This document shows, one piece after another, positions 1-10,199 of a stretch of 64,000 bases of DNA. How positions within the stretch are numbered: the first letter of the stretch is position 1; every line of letters begins with the position of its first letter. The DNA is from Myxococcales bacterium. GTDB lineage: Bacteria; Myxococcota_A; Bradymonadia; UBA7976; UBA1532. The notes beneath the pieces were generated by a model, which was not told the DNA's origin, did no database searches, and saw only the letters and a list, made by a program, of their open reading frames with translations. Location: the NCBI GenBank assembly GCA_020633465.1, contig JACKDN010000004.1:307828-371827 (forward strand), written 5' to 3'. The translations under genes were made by a program, and so were the position numbers.

Positions 1-766
1 CGCTACGCACGTGCAGTTCGAGCGCAACGGCTACTACGTCACCGACTGCGTCGACAGCCGGGCCGACGCGCTGGTGTTCAACCGGGCGGTCACGTTGCGC
101 GACTCCTGGGCGCGCAAGGTCGAGACGACGGACGAGGAGGCGGCGGCGCCGGTCGCGAAGAAGGCCGACACGCGCCCGCAGAAGAAGACGCGCGCGCAAG
201 TGCGCGAAGAGGCGCGGGCCCGCGACGCCGAGCTCGCGGCGCGGCTGACCCGCTACCGCGACGTGCTGGGGCTCGACGAGAGCGACGCCGACGTGCTGAC
301 GGGCGATCGCGCGACCGGCGATCTGTTCGAGGCCGCGCTGGCGGCCTACGCGGACGTGCCCAGCGTGACGCGCTGGGTGGTCAACGAGGTGCTGGCGGCC
401 GCCAAGGACGCGCCGGTGGACAGCCTGCCGCTGACCGGCGAGGCGCTGGGCGCGTTGGCGCGCATGGTCGACGAGAACGTGCTGTCCAACAGCGCCGCCA
501 AGGAGGTCTTCGCCGAGCTGGTCGAGCGCGGCGGCGACCCCGCCGAGATCACGAAGCGGCGCGGGCTGCGGCAGGTGAGCGACGCCGACGCGATCGAGAC
601 GATCATCGCCGAGGTGCTGGCCGCGCACCCCGACGAGGTGGCGCGCTACCGCGAGGGCAACCAGGGGCTGCTCGGCTTCTTCATGGGCCAGGTGATGCGC
701 CGGAGCGGCGGCAAGGCGAACCCCGGGCTCACCCGGCGGCTGCTGCAGAAGGCGCTGGCGGGCTGA
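1..766 (+). CDS. glnS: Glutaminyl-tRNA synthetase, C-terminal part (5' end lies outside the window), with a C-terminal YqeY/GatB-like extension
   Basis: [10 protein letters not shown]...[15 protein letters not shown] matches the GlnRS anticodon-binding C-terminus (E. coli ...FNRTVGLRDTWAK). About 200 extra residues follow, resembling the YqeY/GatB-C domain seen on some GlnRS proteins. The frame is open from nucleotide 2. Confidence 0.8.
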   Translation, partial: ATHVQFERNGYYVTDCVDSRADALVFNRAVTLRDSWARKVETTDEEAAAPVAKKADTRPQKKTRAQVREEARARDAELAARLTRYRDVLGLDESDADVLTGDRATGDLFEAALAAYADVPSVTRWVVNEVLAAAKDAPVDSLPLTGEALGALARMVDENVLSNSAAKEVFAELVERGGDPAEITKRRGLRQVSDADAIETIIAEVLAAHPDEVARYREGNQGLLGFFMGQVMRRSGGKANPGLTRRLLQKALAG

Positions 767-778
767 ACCGCGCGGCGA

Positions 779-3700
779 TCAGGGCTCGAGCGTGGACTCG
801 TACGCGCCGATGTCGGCGCGCGCCCCGCGCGGGCGCGGGCGGCGCGCGAGGTCGTCGCCGAGGGCGTAGGCCGGATCCGCGGCGTCCACGCAGGGCGAGC
901 CTTCGCGCAGCCGCACGTTGCCCGCGGGCAGGCTGAACAGCAGCGGATCCGCCTCGAGGTTGCCCGACGCGATGGGCAGCGCGTTCAGCGTCGCGAGCGT
1001 GTCGCCGCCGATGCCGGTCGTCGGCGGCTGGCCCTCCGACCAGAACAGGTTGCCGTACGCGCCGTCGAGCGCGCCGCCCGCGTACACCGACACGCCGGTG
1101 CCGGTGTTGAACGCGAACACGTTGTTGGCCACGAAGGCGCTGCAGCCGCTGCGGACCGCGACGCCGCGCCCCTGGTGTCCGGCCACGGTGTTGTGCACGA
1201 ACGTGACCTCGGCGCCGAGGTTGTAGGACGAGACGGCGTTTCCGCTGTTGTTGACGAAGGCGCAGTTCTCGATCAGCGCGTCCGACCCCTGCACGTACAC
1301 CAACCCAAAGGGGTTGCCGATGGACGTCGTGACGTTGTCGGCGAAGATCGTGCGCCGCATCACCAGCGACGAGAGGTTGACGAAGAGCATCCCCTGGCGG
1401 TGGCGGCTGACGTTGCCGCTGATCCGACAGTCCTCGACGGTGAGGGTGGACTGATGCACCTCGCCGAAAGAGAAGCCGTTGTCGGTGTCCGTGTCGGTGA
1501 CGTGCACGTCCCGCAGGACGAGGGTGCTGTCGCGCATCGACAGGGCCCCGCCTCCGATCGGACCTCCACGGCGCAGCGTCAGCCCCGCCAGCAGGTTGAG
1601 GGGGCTCGCCGCCCCGTCGTAGGACACCAGGATCGACTGGCCGTTGCCTTCGACGACCACCTCGGACCGATCGGCGGCCGGATCACCGACCACCTGCACC
1701 TGATCGGGCGGGACGACGGGGAAACGCTCGAACTCCTGCGGGTGCATGGTCACCGAGTACGTACCCGCGGCGACGTAGATGCGGGCGCGCGGTCCACGGA
1801 CGATGCCCGTCGCGTGGGTCAGCGTGCGCCACGGCGACGCCTGCGAGCCGTCGCCGGTGGCGTCGCTGCCCTCGGTCGCGCTGACCCAGTAGGTCCGATA
1901 GCAGGCGCCGTCGATGCACTCCGGGCCCGGCCCCGGGCAGACGATGCCGCAGTCGCCGCAGTTGAAGCGGTCGGTGAAGACGTCGATGCCGTTGTCCGGC
2001 ACGCCGTCACAGTCGTTGTCGTCGTAATCGCACACCTCGACCTGCGGCTCGTCGTCGAGGCAGACCGGATCGCCCGTCGCCGGATCGCATCGCAGCGTCC
2101 CCAGCGCGCACAGATCGGCGTCGTCGGTGTCGCAGGCGCCGCCGAGGTCCCCGAAGTCCTCGTCCGCCCGCCCGTCGCAGTCGTCGTCCTGGCCGTTGCA
2201 GGCCTCGGCGACCGGCAGCCCGGGCTGCGCCGAGCAGGCGGCGTCGCCCAGCGCGCCACACACCCGCTGGCCCTCGGCCGCGCAGCGCCCTTCGCCCGCG
2301 GCGCACGCGGCGCCGAGCTGAAAGTCCTCGTCCACCTGCCCGTCGCAGTCCTCGTCGCGCCCGTCGCAGCGCTCGAGCTCGGGCGGCCCGGCGGTCGCGC
2401 TGCACACCGTCGACGCCCCGTCGGCCGCGCACCGCGTGATCCCGTCGCGCGCGCACGCGCCCTCGCCCACCGTGCAGACCTCACCCACCAGGAAGCCCTC
2501 GTCGACGCGCCCGTCGCAGTCGTCGTCGACGCCGTCGCCACAGCGCTCGGGGATGGGCGCGCCGGGGGTCGCGGCGCACACCGCGGCGTCCCCGGCCGCG
2601 CTGCAGCGCGTCAGCCCCTGCCGCGCGCACGCGCCCTGGCCCACGGTGCACACCCGATCGACCTCGAAGCCCTCGTCGGTCGTGCCGTCGCAGTCGTCGT
2701 CCCGCCCGTTGCCGCACAGCTCGGGGCCCGCCGGGCCCGGCGCCGCGCTGCAGGCGGTGCCCAGCCCGTCGGCGGCGCACGCCAGGACACCCTCGCGCCG
2801 GCACGCCCCCTCGCCCACGGCGCACGGGCCGCCCAGCTCGAACCCCTCGTCGGTCTGCCCATCGCAGTCGTCGTCGACGCCGTTGCTGCACACCTCGGCG
2901 CCGCCCGCCGGCACGTCGGCCCGGCACTCGGCCGACCGCAGATCCGCGCTGCACGCCCAGGTGCCGGCCGTCCGGCAGGCGCCTTCGCCCGCCATGCAGG
3001 CCGCCCCCAGATCGAAGCCCTCGTCGGTGGCGCCGTCGCAGTCGTCGTCCTCGGCGTTGCCGCACAGCTCCGGTCCGGCCGGCGCCGCGGGCTGCGCGTC
3101 GCAGGTGACCCCCAGGCCCGTGGCGTCACACACCGTCTGTCCGCCCCGGCGACACACCCCCTCCCCGGCGCGACACACCTCGCCCAGCGCGAAGGGCTCG
3201 TCGATGCGCGTGTCGCAGTCGTTGTCGCGCCCGTCGCAGCGCTCGGTGTTGCCCGGGAAGTTGGTCCGATCCTCGTCGTCGCAGTCCTGGCAGACCGTGA
3301 CCCCGTCCCCGTCGCTGTCCGCGTTGCAGTCGGGCAGCAGACGGCAGATGGCCTCGCCGGTCGTCGGATCGCACGCCATCACGCCGTCGACGGGCACGTT
3401 GCGCTCGTCGGGCGTCTTGCAGCCGGCCCCCAGCCCGAAGTCCTCGTCGGCGCGCCCATCGCAGTCCTCGTCGAGGCCGTTGCAGCGCTCGGCGGTGGCC
3501 GCGACCTCGCCCTCGCAGGCCCCGCTCCACAGGCCCTGAACGCACCGCTCGACGCCCGCCGCGCACTCGCCCTCGTCGGTGCCGCAGGTGCGCGTCGCCC
3601 CCTCTTCGCAGTCGCGGATGAAGGCGACGTCGGGCGTGGCGTCCGGCGGGCGCGCGTCCACGAGCCGGACGGCGCCGTCCCGGCCCCCCGATCCCACGCG

Positions 3701-3802
3701 GGGACCCTCACCGCCGCCGCCCTCGCCGCCGTCGTCGCAGCCGACGACCAGCGCGGCGCCCAACAGCCCCCACAGCGGGAGCCCCACTCCGAATGCACGC
3801 AT
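779..3802 (-). CDS. Secreted lipoprotein with a right-handed beta-helix (pectate-lyase-like) N-domain and at least nine Cys-rich MopE-like putative metal-binding repeats
   Basis: The N-terminus MRAFGVGLPLWGLLGAALVVGC is a signal peptide with a lipobox. A beta-helix segment follows (NAVSSYNLGAEVTFVHNTV...). Then come tandem ~45-aa repeats of the form CGNGxDDDCDGxTDEGF...C..GxGAC (Cu-binding_MopE-like), which are common in Myxococcota. Confidence 0.7.
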   Translation of the reverse strand: MRAFGVGLPLWGLLGAALVVGCDDGGEGGGGEGPRVGSGGRDGAVRLVDARPPDATPDVAFIRDCEEGATRTCGTDEGECAAGVERCVQGLWSGACEGEVAATAERCNGLDEDCDGRADEDFGLGAGCKTPDERNVPVDGVMACDPTTGEAICRLLPDCNADSDGDGVTVCQDCDDEDRTNFPGNTERCDGRDNDCDTRIDEPFALGEVCRAGEGVCRRGGQTVCDATGLGVTCDAQPAAPAGPELCGNAEDDDCDGATDEGFDLGAACMAGEGACRTAGTWACSADLRSAECRADVPAGGAEVCSNGVDDDCDGQTDEGFELGGPCAVGEGACRREGVLACAADGLGTACSAAPGPAGPELCGNGRDDDCDGTTDEGFEVDRVCTVGQGACARQGLTRCSAAGDAAVCAATPGAPIPERCGDGVDDDCDGRVDEGFLVGEVCTVGEGACARDGITRCAADGASTVCSATAGPPELERCDGRDEDCDGQVDEDFQLGAACAAGEGRCAAEGQRVCGALGDAACSAQPGLPVAEACNGQDDDCDGRADEDFGDLGGACDTDDADLCALGTLRCDPATGDPVCLDDEPQVEVCDYDDNDCDGVPDNGIDVFTDRFNCGDCGIVCPGPGPECIDGACYRTYWVSATEGSDATGDGSQASPWRTLTHATGIVRGPRARIYVAAGTYSVTMHPQEFERFPVVPPDQVQVVGDPAADRSEVVVEGNGQSILVSYDGAASPLNLLAGLTLRRGGPIGGGALSMRDSTLVLRDVHVTDTDTDNGFSFGEVHQSTLTVEDCRISGNVSRHRQGMLFVNLSSLVMRRTIFADNVTTSIGNPFGLVYVQGSDALIENCAFVNNSGNAVSSYNLGAEVTFVHNTVAGHQGRGVAVRSGCSAFVANNVFAFNTGTGVSVYAGGALDGAYGNLFWSEGQPPTTGIGGDTLATLNALPIASGNLEADPLLFSLPAGNVRLREGSPCVDAADPAYALGDDLARRPRPRGARADIGAYESTLEP

Positions 3803-3848
3803 GCGGTGCAGGATGACAGGTCGACTGGAACTTTTCCAACCGCGCCGA

Positions 3849-6800
3849 TCAGCCGGACGCCTCCGCCGCGCACGCGTCGGCGTCCGGCCCGCGCCCCAGC
3901 ATGCGGTACTGATCGGCGGCCAGCGCCCAGGCGCGGCGGGCCCGCGCCGGTTGACCCCGCTCGGCGCACAGCCGCGCCGCCTCGGCGGCCATGCGCGCCT
4001 GGTCGAGCTCGCAGATGCGCCGCGCCTCGAGGAACGCGTGGGCGTCCGCCAGCCAGCGGTCGAAGGTGGCCCAATCCCCGGCCACCGCCAGGCTGGGCAG
4101 CAGGAACAGCTGCACCACGATCTCGATGATCGTCCGCCGCTCGCGCCGCGCCACCGCGAGGCAGCGACCGAGCACCTCGCCCGCCTCGACGTGGCGCCCC
4201 CGCTCGATCAGCACCAGCCCCAGGTTGATCTGCGTGATGATCGTGTACGACGACCCCACCGCCTCGTACAGCGCGTGCGCGGCCCGATAGTCGCGCTCGG
4301 CCGCGTCGAGATCCCCGCGCAGCCGCGCCAGCTCGGCGGCGCCGTGCAGCGTGTCGCCCTCGGCCAGCCGCAACCCCAGGCGGTACATCTCGTCGCGCGC
4401 CCGGTCGAGGTAGCGCGCCGCGTCGTCCAGCCGCCCGTCCTGCCGCGCGATCGTCGCCCGCGTCTTCTCGCAGCGCGCCGCCTGCGCCACCTGGCCCACG
4501 CGCTCGAGCGCGTCCTGCGCCTGCGCGATCAGCACGTCGGCCTCGCGAAGCTGCCCCTGCGCCAACAGGATGTTGCCCGCGCTGCGCAGCAGCTCGCCCC
4601 GCAGCGCCGGCCGCGCCTCCGCGGGCAGCCGCGCCAGGGCGCGCTCGACGTGGCGGTGCCCGTCGGCGAACCGCGCCTCGTCGAAGTCGACCCGGCTGCG
4701 CTGCAGCAGCGCCTCGGCCTCGAGGGCTCGCCAGCCGTGCTGCACCGCCAGGCGCTCCAGCCGCTCCGCGTAGCGCCCCGCCTCGGCGAAGGCCCCCCTG
4801 CCCAGGGCCACCCCGGCCCGCAGCCACAGGGCCACCCCGGCCCGCGGATCGTCGTCCCCCACGGCGGCCGCGCGGCGCGCGCGCTCGTAATCCTCGATCA
4901 GCGCCTCGCAGCGCAGGAACTCCCCCCGCTCCAGCGCGTCCTCGCCAGCCCGCCCCAGCGCCTCGAGCGCGCCGCGGGCGTCGCCGGCGGCCAGCAGGTG
5001 GCGCCCCTGGCGCTCGGGCTGCTCGGCGCCCACCACCCGCGCGCAGACGGCGTGGTGGGCCGCCGCCCGCCCCGCCTGCGTCGCCCGCCGCAGCACCGCG
5101 TCGCGCAGCAGCCCGTGGGCGAAGGCCCAGCGCTCGGTGTCCGCGTCCTCGACCACGGCCAGGCGCCGATCGAGCAGCGCCTCGAGCAGCGCGGGGCTGA
5201 ACCACGCCCGCGCCTCGGCGCAGGCCGCGTGCCAGGCCGTCGGCTCGACCACCTGCCCCAACGTGGCCGCCAGCTCCAACGCCACCGCGTCGTCGACCGG
5301 CCGCCCCGTGAGCAGACGGTCGACGCGCTCGGCCCACGCCCCCTCGAGATCGGCGGGCAGCGCGGGCAGCGCCGCCCCCGACAGCCGCAGCCCGTCGGCG
5401 CCCGCGTCGAGCAGCCCGCGCTCGACGCAGGCCTGCGCGAGCTGCACGGCGAAGGCGGGGTTGCCCGCGCTGCGCTCGGCGATGTCCCGCGCCAGCCCCC
5501 GCTCGACGGGCAGCAGGGTGCGCACCAGCCGCTGCACCGCGGCCTCGCCCAGGGGCTCGACGTCCAGCGCCCGCGCGCCGGGCAGCGCCAGCACCGCGTC
5601 CAGCTGCTCGGCCAGTCGGGGGCGCTCGGCCAGCGCCTCGGCGCGGGCGGTGGCCACCACCAGCACCCGCCCGGCGCCCCGGCGGAGGATCGCGTCGGCG
5701 AACGCCACCGCCTCGGCGTCCCACTGCACGTCGTCCAGCCAGACCACCACCGGCCGCGCGACCGCCAGCCGCGCGAGGTGCCGCAGCACGACGCCGTGCC
5801 GCTCGACGGCGCCCGCCAGCTGCACGAAGCGCTCGCCCGTCGCGCGGTCGTCGGCCGTCGCGGGCACCACCAGCTCGGCCAGCGCCTCGGCCTCGTCGGC
5901 GTCGTCCACCCCGAAGCCCTCGCGCAGCACGCCGCGCACGCGCGCCGCGGCCGCCGCCCGATTCAACCCCCCCAGCCGCAGGTGGCGCGCCAGCATGTCG
6001 GCCAGCCCCGCCCCCGCCTCGGCGCCGGCCGGGTGCAGGGCGCGCAGGCCGGTGGCCGCCCCCTCGGCGTGCGCCCGCTCCACCAACCAGGCGGCGAGGC
6101 GGCTCTTGCCCGCCCCCGCCGCGCCGCGCAGCAGCACCAGCCGCGGCGCCTCGTCCCGCGCCACCTCGAGCAAGGCGCCCCACAGCGCGCGGCACGCCGC
6201 CGACCGGCCCACCAGCGGCGGCAGCCGAAGCCCGAACAGGGCCACCGCGCTGTCTTCGAAGCGCGCCTCGGGCGTATCGGGGATGTCGATCGCCTTGGGC
6301 GACGCGGCGGGCGCGCCGGGCGACGCGCGCCCGTCCACCATGGGCGTGCGCGCGTATTCGCCGACCGTCGGCGCCCGCACCCCGTAGGCCAGGGTCACCG
6401 CCGGGCCGGCCACCGCGACCGCGTCCGCCCGGCCGCCCTCGACCGGCGGGCCGAGCGCGTCGAGGGCGGCCCGCGCGTCGGCCGCGCGCTGAAACCGCGC
6501 CGCCGGATCCTTCTGCATCGAGCGCGTCACCCAGTGCGCGAAGCCCGCCGGCACCGCCATCCGCGGCGCCAGCGCCGGCGGCGGCTGCTCGAGGTGGGCG
6601 CGGACGACGCCCAGGGTCGAGGCCCCGCCGAAGGGGGGCACGCCGGCCGCCATCGCGTGGGCCAGGCAGCCGACCGCGTACAAGTCGGTCCAGGGGCCGA
6701 AGTCGCGCCACAGGCCGTGCGCCTGCTCGGGCGCCATGTAGGCCGGCGTGCCGGCGGCGGGCGTGTCGGTGTCCAGGCGGTCGAGGGCGTGCGCGATGCC

Positions 6801-7265
6801 GAAGTCGGTCAGCTTGACGCGCCCGTCGGGCGTGCGCAGGACGTTGCCCGGCTTGAGATCGCGGTGGACCACGCCGCGGGCGTGGGCGTGGGCCAGCGCG
6901 TCGAGCAGTCCGCCGAGCACCTGCGCCAGATCGCGCCAGCCGAGGGCGGCCTCGAGCGCGAGGGGCGCCCCGTCGACGAGCTCCATCACCAGGAAGGGCG
7001 CGCCGGCCCGCAGCCCCGCGGCCACCGCCGCGTCGGCGTCCGCCGGGACGCGCCCCGCGTCCAGCACCGCGGCGATGCCGGGGTGATCGAGGCCGGCCAT
7101 CGCGCGCACCTCGTCGGCGAACAGCCGCGCATAGCGGGCGTCGGCGTGCGGCAAGAGCACCTTGATCGCGACCTCGAGCCCGTCGCGCCCATGGCGACCC
7201 CGCCACACCTGACCCATGCCCCCCGTCGCGATGCGCGCGTCCAGCAGGTAGGGGCCCAATCGCAC
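3849..7265 (-). CDS. Ser/Thr protein kinase with central AAA/NACHT-like ATPase and C-terminal TPR repeats
   Basis: Kinase motifs are present: G-loop ATGGMGQVW, VAIK, HRDLKPGN, DFG and APE. A Walker A motif LLRGAAGAGKS follows, then long TPR-like helical repeats. The start was chosen at GTG 7265 with GGGAGG five nucleotides upstream. The track ORF extends further upstream without support. Confidence 0.75.
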   Translation of the reverse strand: MRLGPYLLDARIATGGMGQVWRGRHGRDGLEVAIKVLLPHADARYARLFADEVRAMAGLDHPGIAAVLDAGRVPADADAAVAAGLRAGAPFLVMELVDGAPLALEAALGWRDLAQVLGGLLDALAHAHARGVVHRDLKPGNVLRTPDGRVKLTDFGIAHALDRLDTDTPAAGTPAYMAPEQAHGLWRDFGPWTDLYAVGCLAHAMAAGVPPFGGASTLGVVRAHLEQPPPALAPRMAVPAGFAHWVTRSMQKDPAARFQRAADARAALDALGPPVEGGRADAVAVAGPAVTLAYGVRAPTVGEYARTPMVDGRASPGAPAASPKAIDIPDTPEARFEDSAVALFGLRLPPLVGRSAACRALWGALLEVARDEAPRLVLLRGAAGAGKSRLAAWLVERAHAEGAATGLRALHPAGAEAGAGLADMLARHLRLGGLNRAAAAARVRGVLREGFGVDDADEAEALAELVVPATADDRATGERFVQLAGAVERHGVVLRHLARLAVARPVVVWLDDVQWDAEAVAFADAILRRGAGRVLVVATARAEALAERPRLAEQLDAVLALPGARALDVEPLGEAAVQRLVRTLLPVERGLARDIAERSAGNPAFAVQLAQACVERGLLDAGADGLRLSGAALPALPADLEGAWAERVDRLLTGRPVDDAVALELAATLGQVVEPTAWHAACAEARAWFSPALLEALLDRRLAVVEDADTERWAFAHGLLRDAVLRRATQAGRAAAHHAVCARVVGAEQPERQGRHLLAAGDARGALEALGRAGEDALERGEFLRCEALIEDYERARRAAAVGDDDPRAGVALWLRAGVALGRGAFAEAGRYAERLERLAVQHGWRALEAEALLQRSRVDFDEARFADGHRHVERALARLPAEARPALRGELLRSAGNILLAQGQLREADVLIAQAQDALERVGQVAQAARCEKTRATIARQDGRLDDAARYLDRARDEMYRLGLRLAEGDTLHGAAELARLRGDLDAAERDYRAAHALYEAVGSSYTIITQINLGLVLIERGRHVEAGEVLGRCLAVARRERRTIIEIVVQLFLLPSLAVAGDWATFDRWLADAHAFLEARRICELDQARMAAEAARLCAERGQPARARRAWALAADQYRMLGRGPDADACAAEASG

Positions 7266-7349
7266 GATCACCTCCCGATCGGCCTCGCCAGCACAGCCTG
7301 TCGCAATCACGCGCGAAGTGCCATGCTGCGGCGTTTCACGGAGGACACC

Positions 7350-8366
7350 ATGCGACAGATCTGGATCCCGAAGGCGGGCGGCCCCGAGGTGCTCGAGGTC
7401 CGCGAGGCCGCCGATCCCACCCCCGGCGAGGGCGAGGTGCGCGTGCGCGTCGCCGCGAGCGGCGTCAACTTCGCCGACATCATGGCGCGAATGGGGCTGT
7501 ACCCCGACGCGCCACCGCTGCCGTGCGTCGTGGGCTACGAGGTGGCCGGCACGATCGACGCGATCGGCGCGGGCGTGACCGACCTGAAGGCGGGCGACCG
7601 CGTCCTGTCGATCACCCAGTTCGGTGGCTACACCGACACCCTCGTCGCCCCGGCCATGCAGGTGGCGAGGCTGCCCGACGGCCTCGACTTCGAGGCCGCC
7701 GCGGCCATCCCGGTGAACTACCTCACCGCGTGGCTGATGCTCGTGCGCCTGGGCAACGTGCAGGCGGGCGAGCGGGTGCTCGTGCACGCGGCCGCCGGCG
7801 GCGTCGGCCAGGCGGCGGTGCAGATCTGCAACTGGAAGGGGGCGTCGGTCATCGGCACCGCCAGCCCCGGCAAGCACGCGCGCCTGAAGGCCGCGGGCGT
7901 CGCGCACTGCATCGACTACACGTCCCAGGACTTCGAGGCCGAGGTGAAGCGCATCACCGACGGCGAGGGCGTGGGCGTCGCCCTCGACGCCGTCGGCGGC
8001 TCGAGCTTCGGCAAGAGCTACCGCTGCCTCGGGTCGTTGGGGCGCCTGTACTGCTTCGGCGTCAGCAGCTTCGCCCCCGGCAAGTCGCGCAGCATCTTCG
8101 CGGCGCTGAAGGGCCTGCTGAGCACGCGCCGCTACGGGCCCATCGGCATGATGAACGAGAACCGGGGCGTCCACGGCGTCAACCTGGGCCACCTGTGGCA
8201 CATCGCGCCCGAGCTGCGGGCGATGCTGGGTGAGATCGTCCAGCTCGTGGGCGACGGCACCTTCGCGCCCGTCGTCGACGCCACGTTCTCCTTCGACCAG
8301 GCCGCCGAGGCCCACCGCTACATCCAGGATCGGAAGAACTTCGGGAAGGTGATCCTCACCCCCTGA
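7350..8366 (+). CDS. NADPH:quinone oxidoreductase / zinc-type alcohol dehydrogenase family (MDR superfamily)
   Basis: MRQIWIPKAGGPEVLEV... contains the Rossmann motif AAGGVGQAAVQI and ends ...FGKVILTP, typical of Qor/VAT-1-like enzymes. GGAGGA lies 4 nt upstream of the ATG. Confidence 0.8.
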   Translation: MRQIWIPKAGGPEVLEVREAADPTPGEGEVRVRVAASGVNFADIMARMGLYPDAPPLPCVVGYEVAGTIDAIGAGVTDLKAGDRVLSITQFGGYTDTLVAPAMQVARLPDGLDFEAAAAIPVNYLTAWLMLVRLGNVQAGERVLVHAAAGGVGQAAVQICNWKGASVIGTASPGKHARLKAAGVAHCIDYTSQDFEAEVKRITDGEGVGVALDAVGGSSFGKSYRCLGSLGRLYCFGVSSFAPGKSRSIFAALKGLLSTRRYGPIGMMNENRGVHGVNLGHLWHIAPELRAMLGEIVQLVGDGTFAPVVDATFSFDQAAEAHRYIQDRKNFGKVILTP

Positions 8367-8458
8367 CGCCCCCGCCGTCAGGATTCGATCGGTTCTGGGC
8401 GGTACGGAACCTGCATCCTCCGCGCGCCGTCCGAACAACGATCTCCGAGGTGTCCTGC

Positions 8459-10147
8459 ATGAAGCTGTCCTCGACCCAGGGACGCACCGCCTGTCTCGGC
8501 CTCTTCCTGCTCCTCGGCGTGGGCGGCTGCGCCCCCGCCGACGACGCGGAGACCCCCTCGGCGCTGGCGCAGGCGCGCCAGGCCATCCGCGGGGGCCAGC
8601 CGGACAGCGAGCACACCAGCGTCGTCGGCATCCTCATCGGCAGCGGCTGGCAGCAGGCCGGCTGCACCGGCTCGCTCATCGCCCCCAACCTGGTGCTCAC
8701 CGCGCACCACTGCGTGGCCCCCACCCCGCCCGGCGGCGTCATCTGCGGCCGAGCCACCTTCGGCGCCAACTACCGCCCGCAGGACTTCGAGGTCACCACC
8801 CGCCCCTACCTGGGCCGCCAGCCCTACCCCGTCGCCGAGGTGATCACGCCCCCGGGCGTGACCGATCTGTGCGGGGGCGACATCGCGCTGCTGCGCCTCG
8901 CCCGCAACATCCCCGCCACCGAGTCGGTGCCCTACACGCCGCGCATCGACCGCCAGGTCGCCGCCAACGAGCGCTACGACGCCGTCGGCTACGGCGAGAT
9001 CGGCGACGGCACCGGCGCCGGCCTGCGCCGCATCATCACCGGCCGTCAGGTGATCTGCTCCGGCAGCACCTGCGCCCGCTTCGGCGCCCCCGTGCGCGGC
9101 AGCGAGTGGATCGGCAACGACGGCGTCTGCCAGGGCGACTCCGGCGGCCCGGCCCTGGACGATCAGGGCCGCGTGCTGGGCGCGCTGTCGCGCGGCGGCG
9201 ACGGCTGCAGCTACCCGGTGTACTCGGGCGTCTTCGGCTGGTCGGACTGGCTGCGCGAGCAGGGCGCGCGGGCGGCGGATCTGGGCGGCTACGCGCCCGC
9301 CGCGTGGGTGGTCAGCGGCGCCAGCTCGCAGATCGACGACGCCGACGACGACGGCGTCGCGGATGGTCGCGACAACTGTGTCAACGCGGCGAACCCCGAG
9401 CAGGGTGATCTGGACGGGGACGGCCTCGGCGACGCCTGCGACGACGCGGACGGGCGCGATCGCGGTGGCCGCTGCGCGGTGTGCGACGCCTGCTCGAACG
9501 ACGCGGACTGCACGGCGGGCGCGCGCTGCGTGGACTTCGGCGCGGGCGGCGTGTGCACCTACGACTGCAGCGTCGGCACCTGCCCCGGCGACACCACCTG
9601 CGCCGAGATGTCGCTGGTCGGCGGCGACAAGGCCAACGTGTGCATCAACGGCGACGCCTGGGACGTGGGCGTCTGCCACGCCGACTTCGTGTGCGGCGGC
9701 CCGCGCGAGGCCGCGCCCGCCGAGGCCTGCCGGGTGTGCGACGCCTGCCGCGCCGACGCGGACTGCGGTGCCGGCGGCGCCTGCCTGGACTTCGGCGCGG
9801 GCAACCGCTGCACCGTCGCGTGCGGCGAAGACGGGGCCTGCCCCGGCGACAGCGTCTGCGCCGACGTGGACGGGCTGCAGGTGTGCGTGGCGCCCGGCGA
9901 GGCCGGCGTCTGCCCCACGCAGTACAGCTGTGGCGAGGCCCCCGCCCCGGGCGCCGACGGCGGCGAGCCCGGCGGCGACGGCGTGATGATCGACCGCAAC
10001 GATCCCTTCGCCGAGAACGACGGCATCCTGCGCTCGAAGAGCGACGACGGCTGCGCCGCGGCGCCCGGCCGCAGCGGCAACCCCCTGCCCTTCGCCGCCT
10101 TCCTGGTGCTGGGCCTCGGCCTCGCGGTGCGCCGCCGCCGCGGCTGA
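8459..10147 (+). CDS. Secreted trypsin-like (S1) serine protease lipoprotein with TSP3-like Asp repeats, Cys-rich repeats and a MYXO-CTERM sorting tail
   Basis: Signal peptide with lipobox LLLGVGGC. Catalytic motifs TAHHC and GDSGGP. Repeats DDADDDGVADGRDNC and DLDGDGLGDACDD. C-terminus GCAAAPGRSGNPLPFAAFLVLGLGLAVRRRRG is Cys, then a hydrophobic stretch, then an Arg cluster, which is the MYXO-CTERM pattern. Confidence 0.8.
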   Translation: MKLSSTQGRTACLGLFLLLGVGGCAPADDAETPSALAQARQAIRGGQPDSEHTSVVGILIGSGWQQAGCTGSLIAPNLVLTAHHCVAPTPPGGVICGRATFGANYRPQDFEVTTRPYLGRQPYPVAEVITPPGVTDLCGGDIALLRLARNIPATESVPYTPRIDRQVAANERYDAVGYGEIGDGTGAGLRRIITGRQVICSGSTCARFGAPVRGSEWIGNDGVCQGDSGGPALDDQGRVLGALSRGGDGCSYPVYSGVFGWSDWLREQGARAADLGGYAPAAWVVSGASSQIDDADDDGVADGRDNCVNAANPEQGDLDGDGLGDACDDADGRDRGGRCAVCDACSNDADCTAGARCVDFGAGGVCTYDCSVGTCPGDTTCAEMSLVGGDKANVCINGDAWDVGVCHADFVCGGPREAAPAEACRVCDACRADADCGAGGACLDFGAGNRCTVACGEDGACPGDSVCADVDGLQVCVAPGEAGVCPTQYSCGEAPAPGADGGEPGGDGVMIDRNDPFAENDGILRSKSDDGCAAAPGRSGNPLPFAAFLVLGLGLAVRRRRG

Positions 10148-10199
10148 GCCGCCCGCCCCCGGGCGCGCCTCCTGCGCCCGCGCTCGCCGCGGCGGGCCC

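Noticed and set aside
1175-4129. 984-aa + strand ORF
   Set aside because: It lies antisense to the homology-supported beta-helix/MopE lipoprotein gene. Its Arg/Ala/Gly-rich composition is typical of open antisense frames in ~70% GC DNA.
3379-7206. 1275-aa - strand ORF and the overlapping 1595-aa + strand ORF (3579-8366)
   Set aside because: Both are poly-Arg/Ala/Gly translations overlapping the kinase-AAA-TPR gene. Only the last 339 codons of the + ORF (7350-8366) form a real gene (quinone oxidoreductase).
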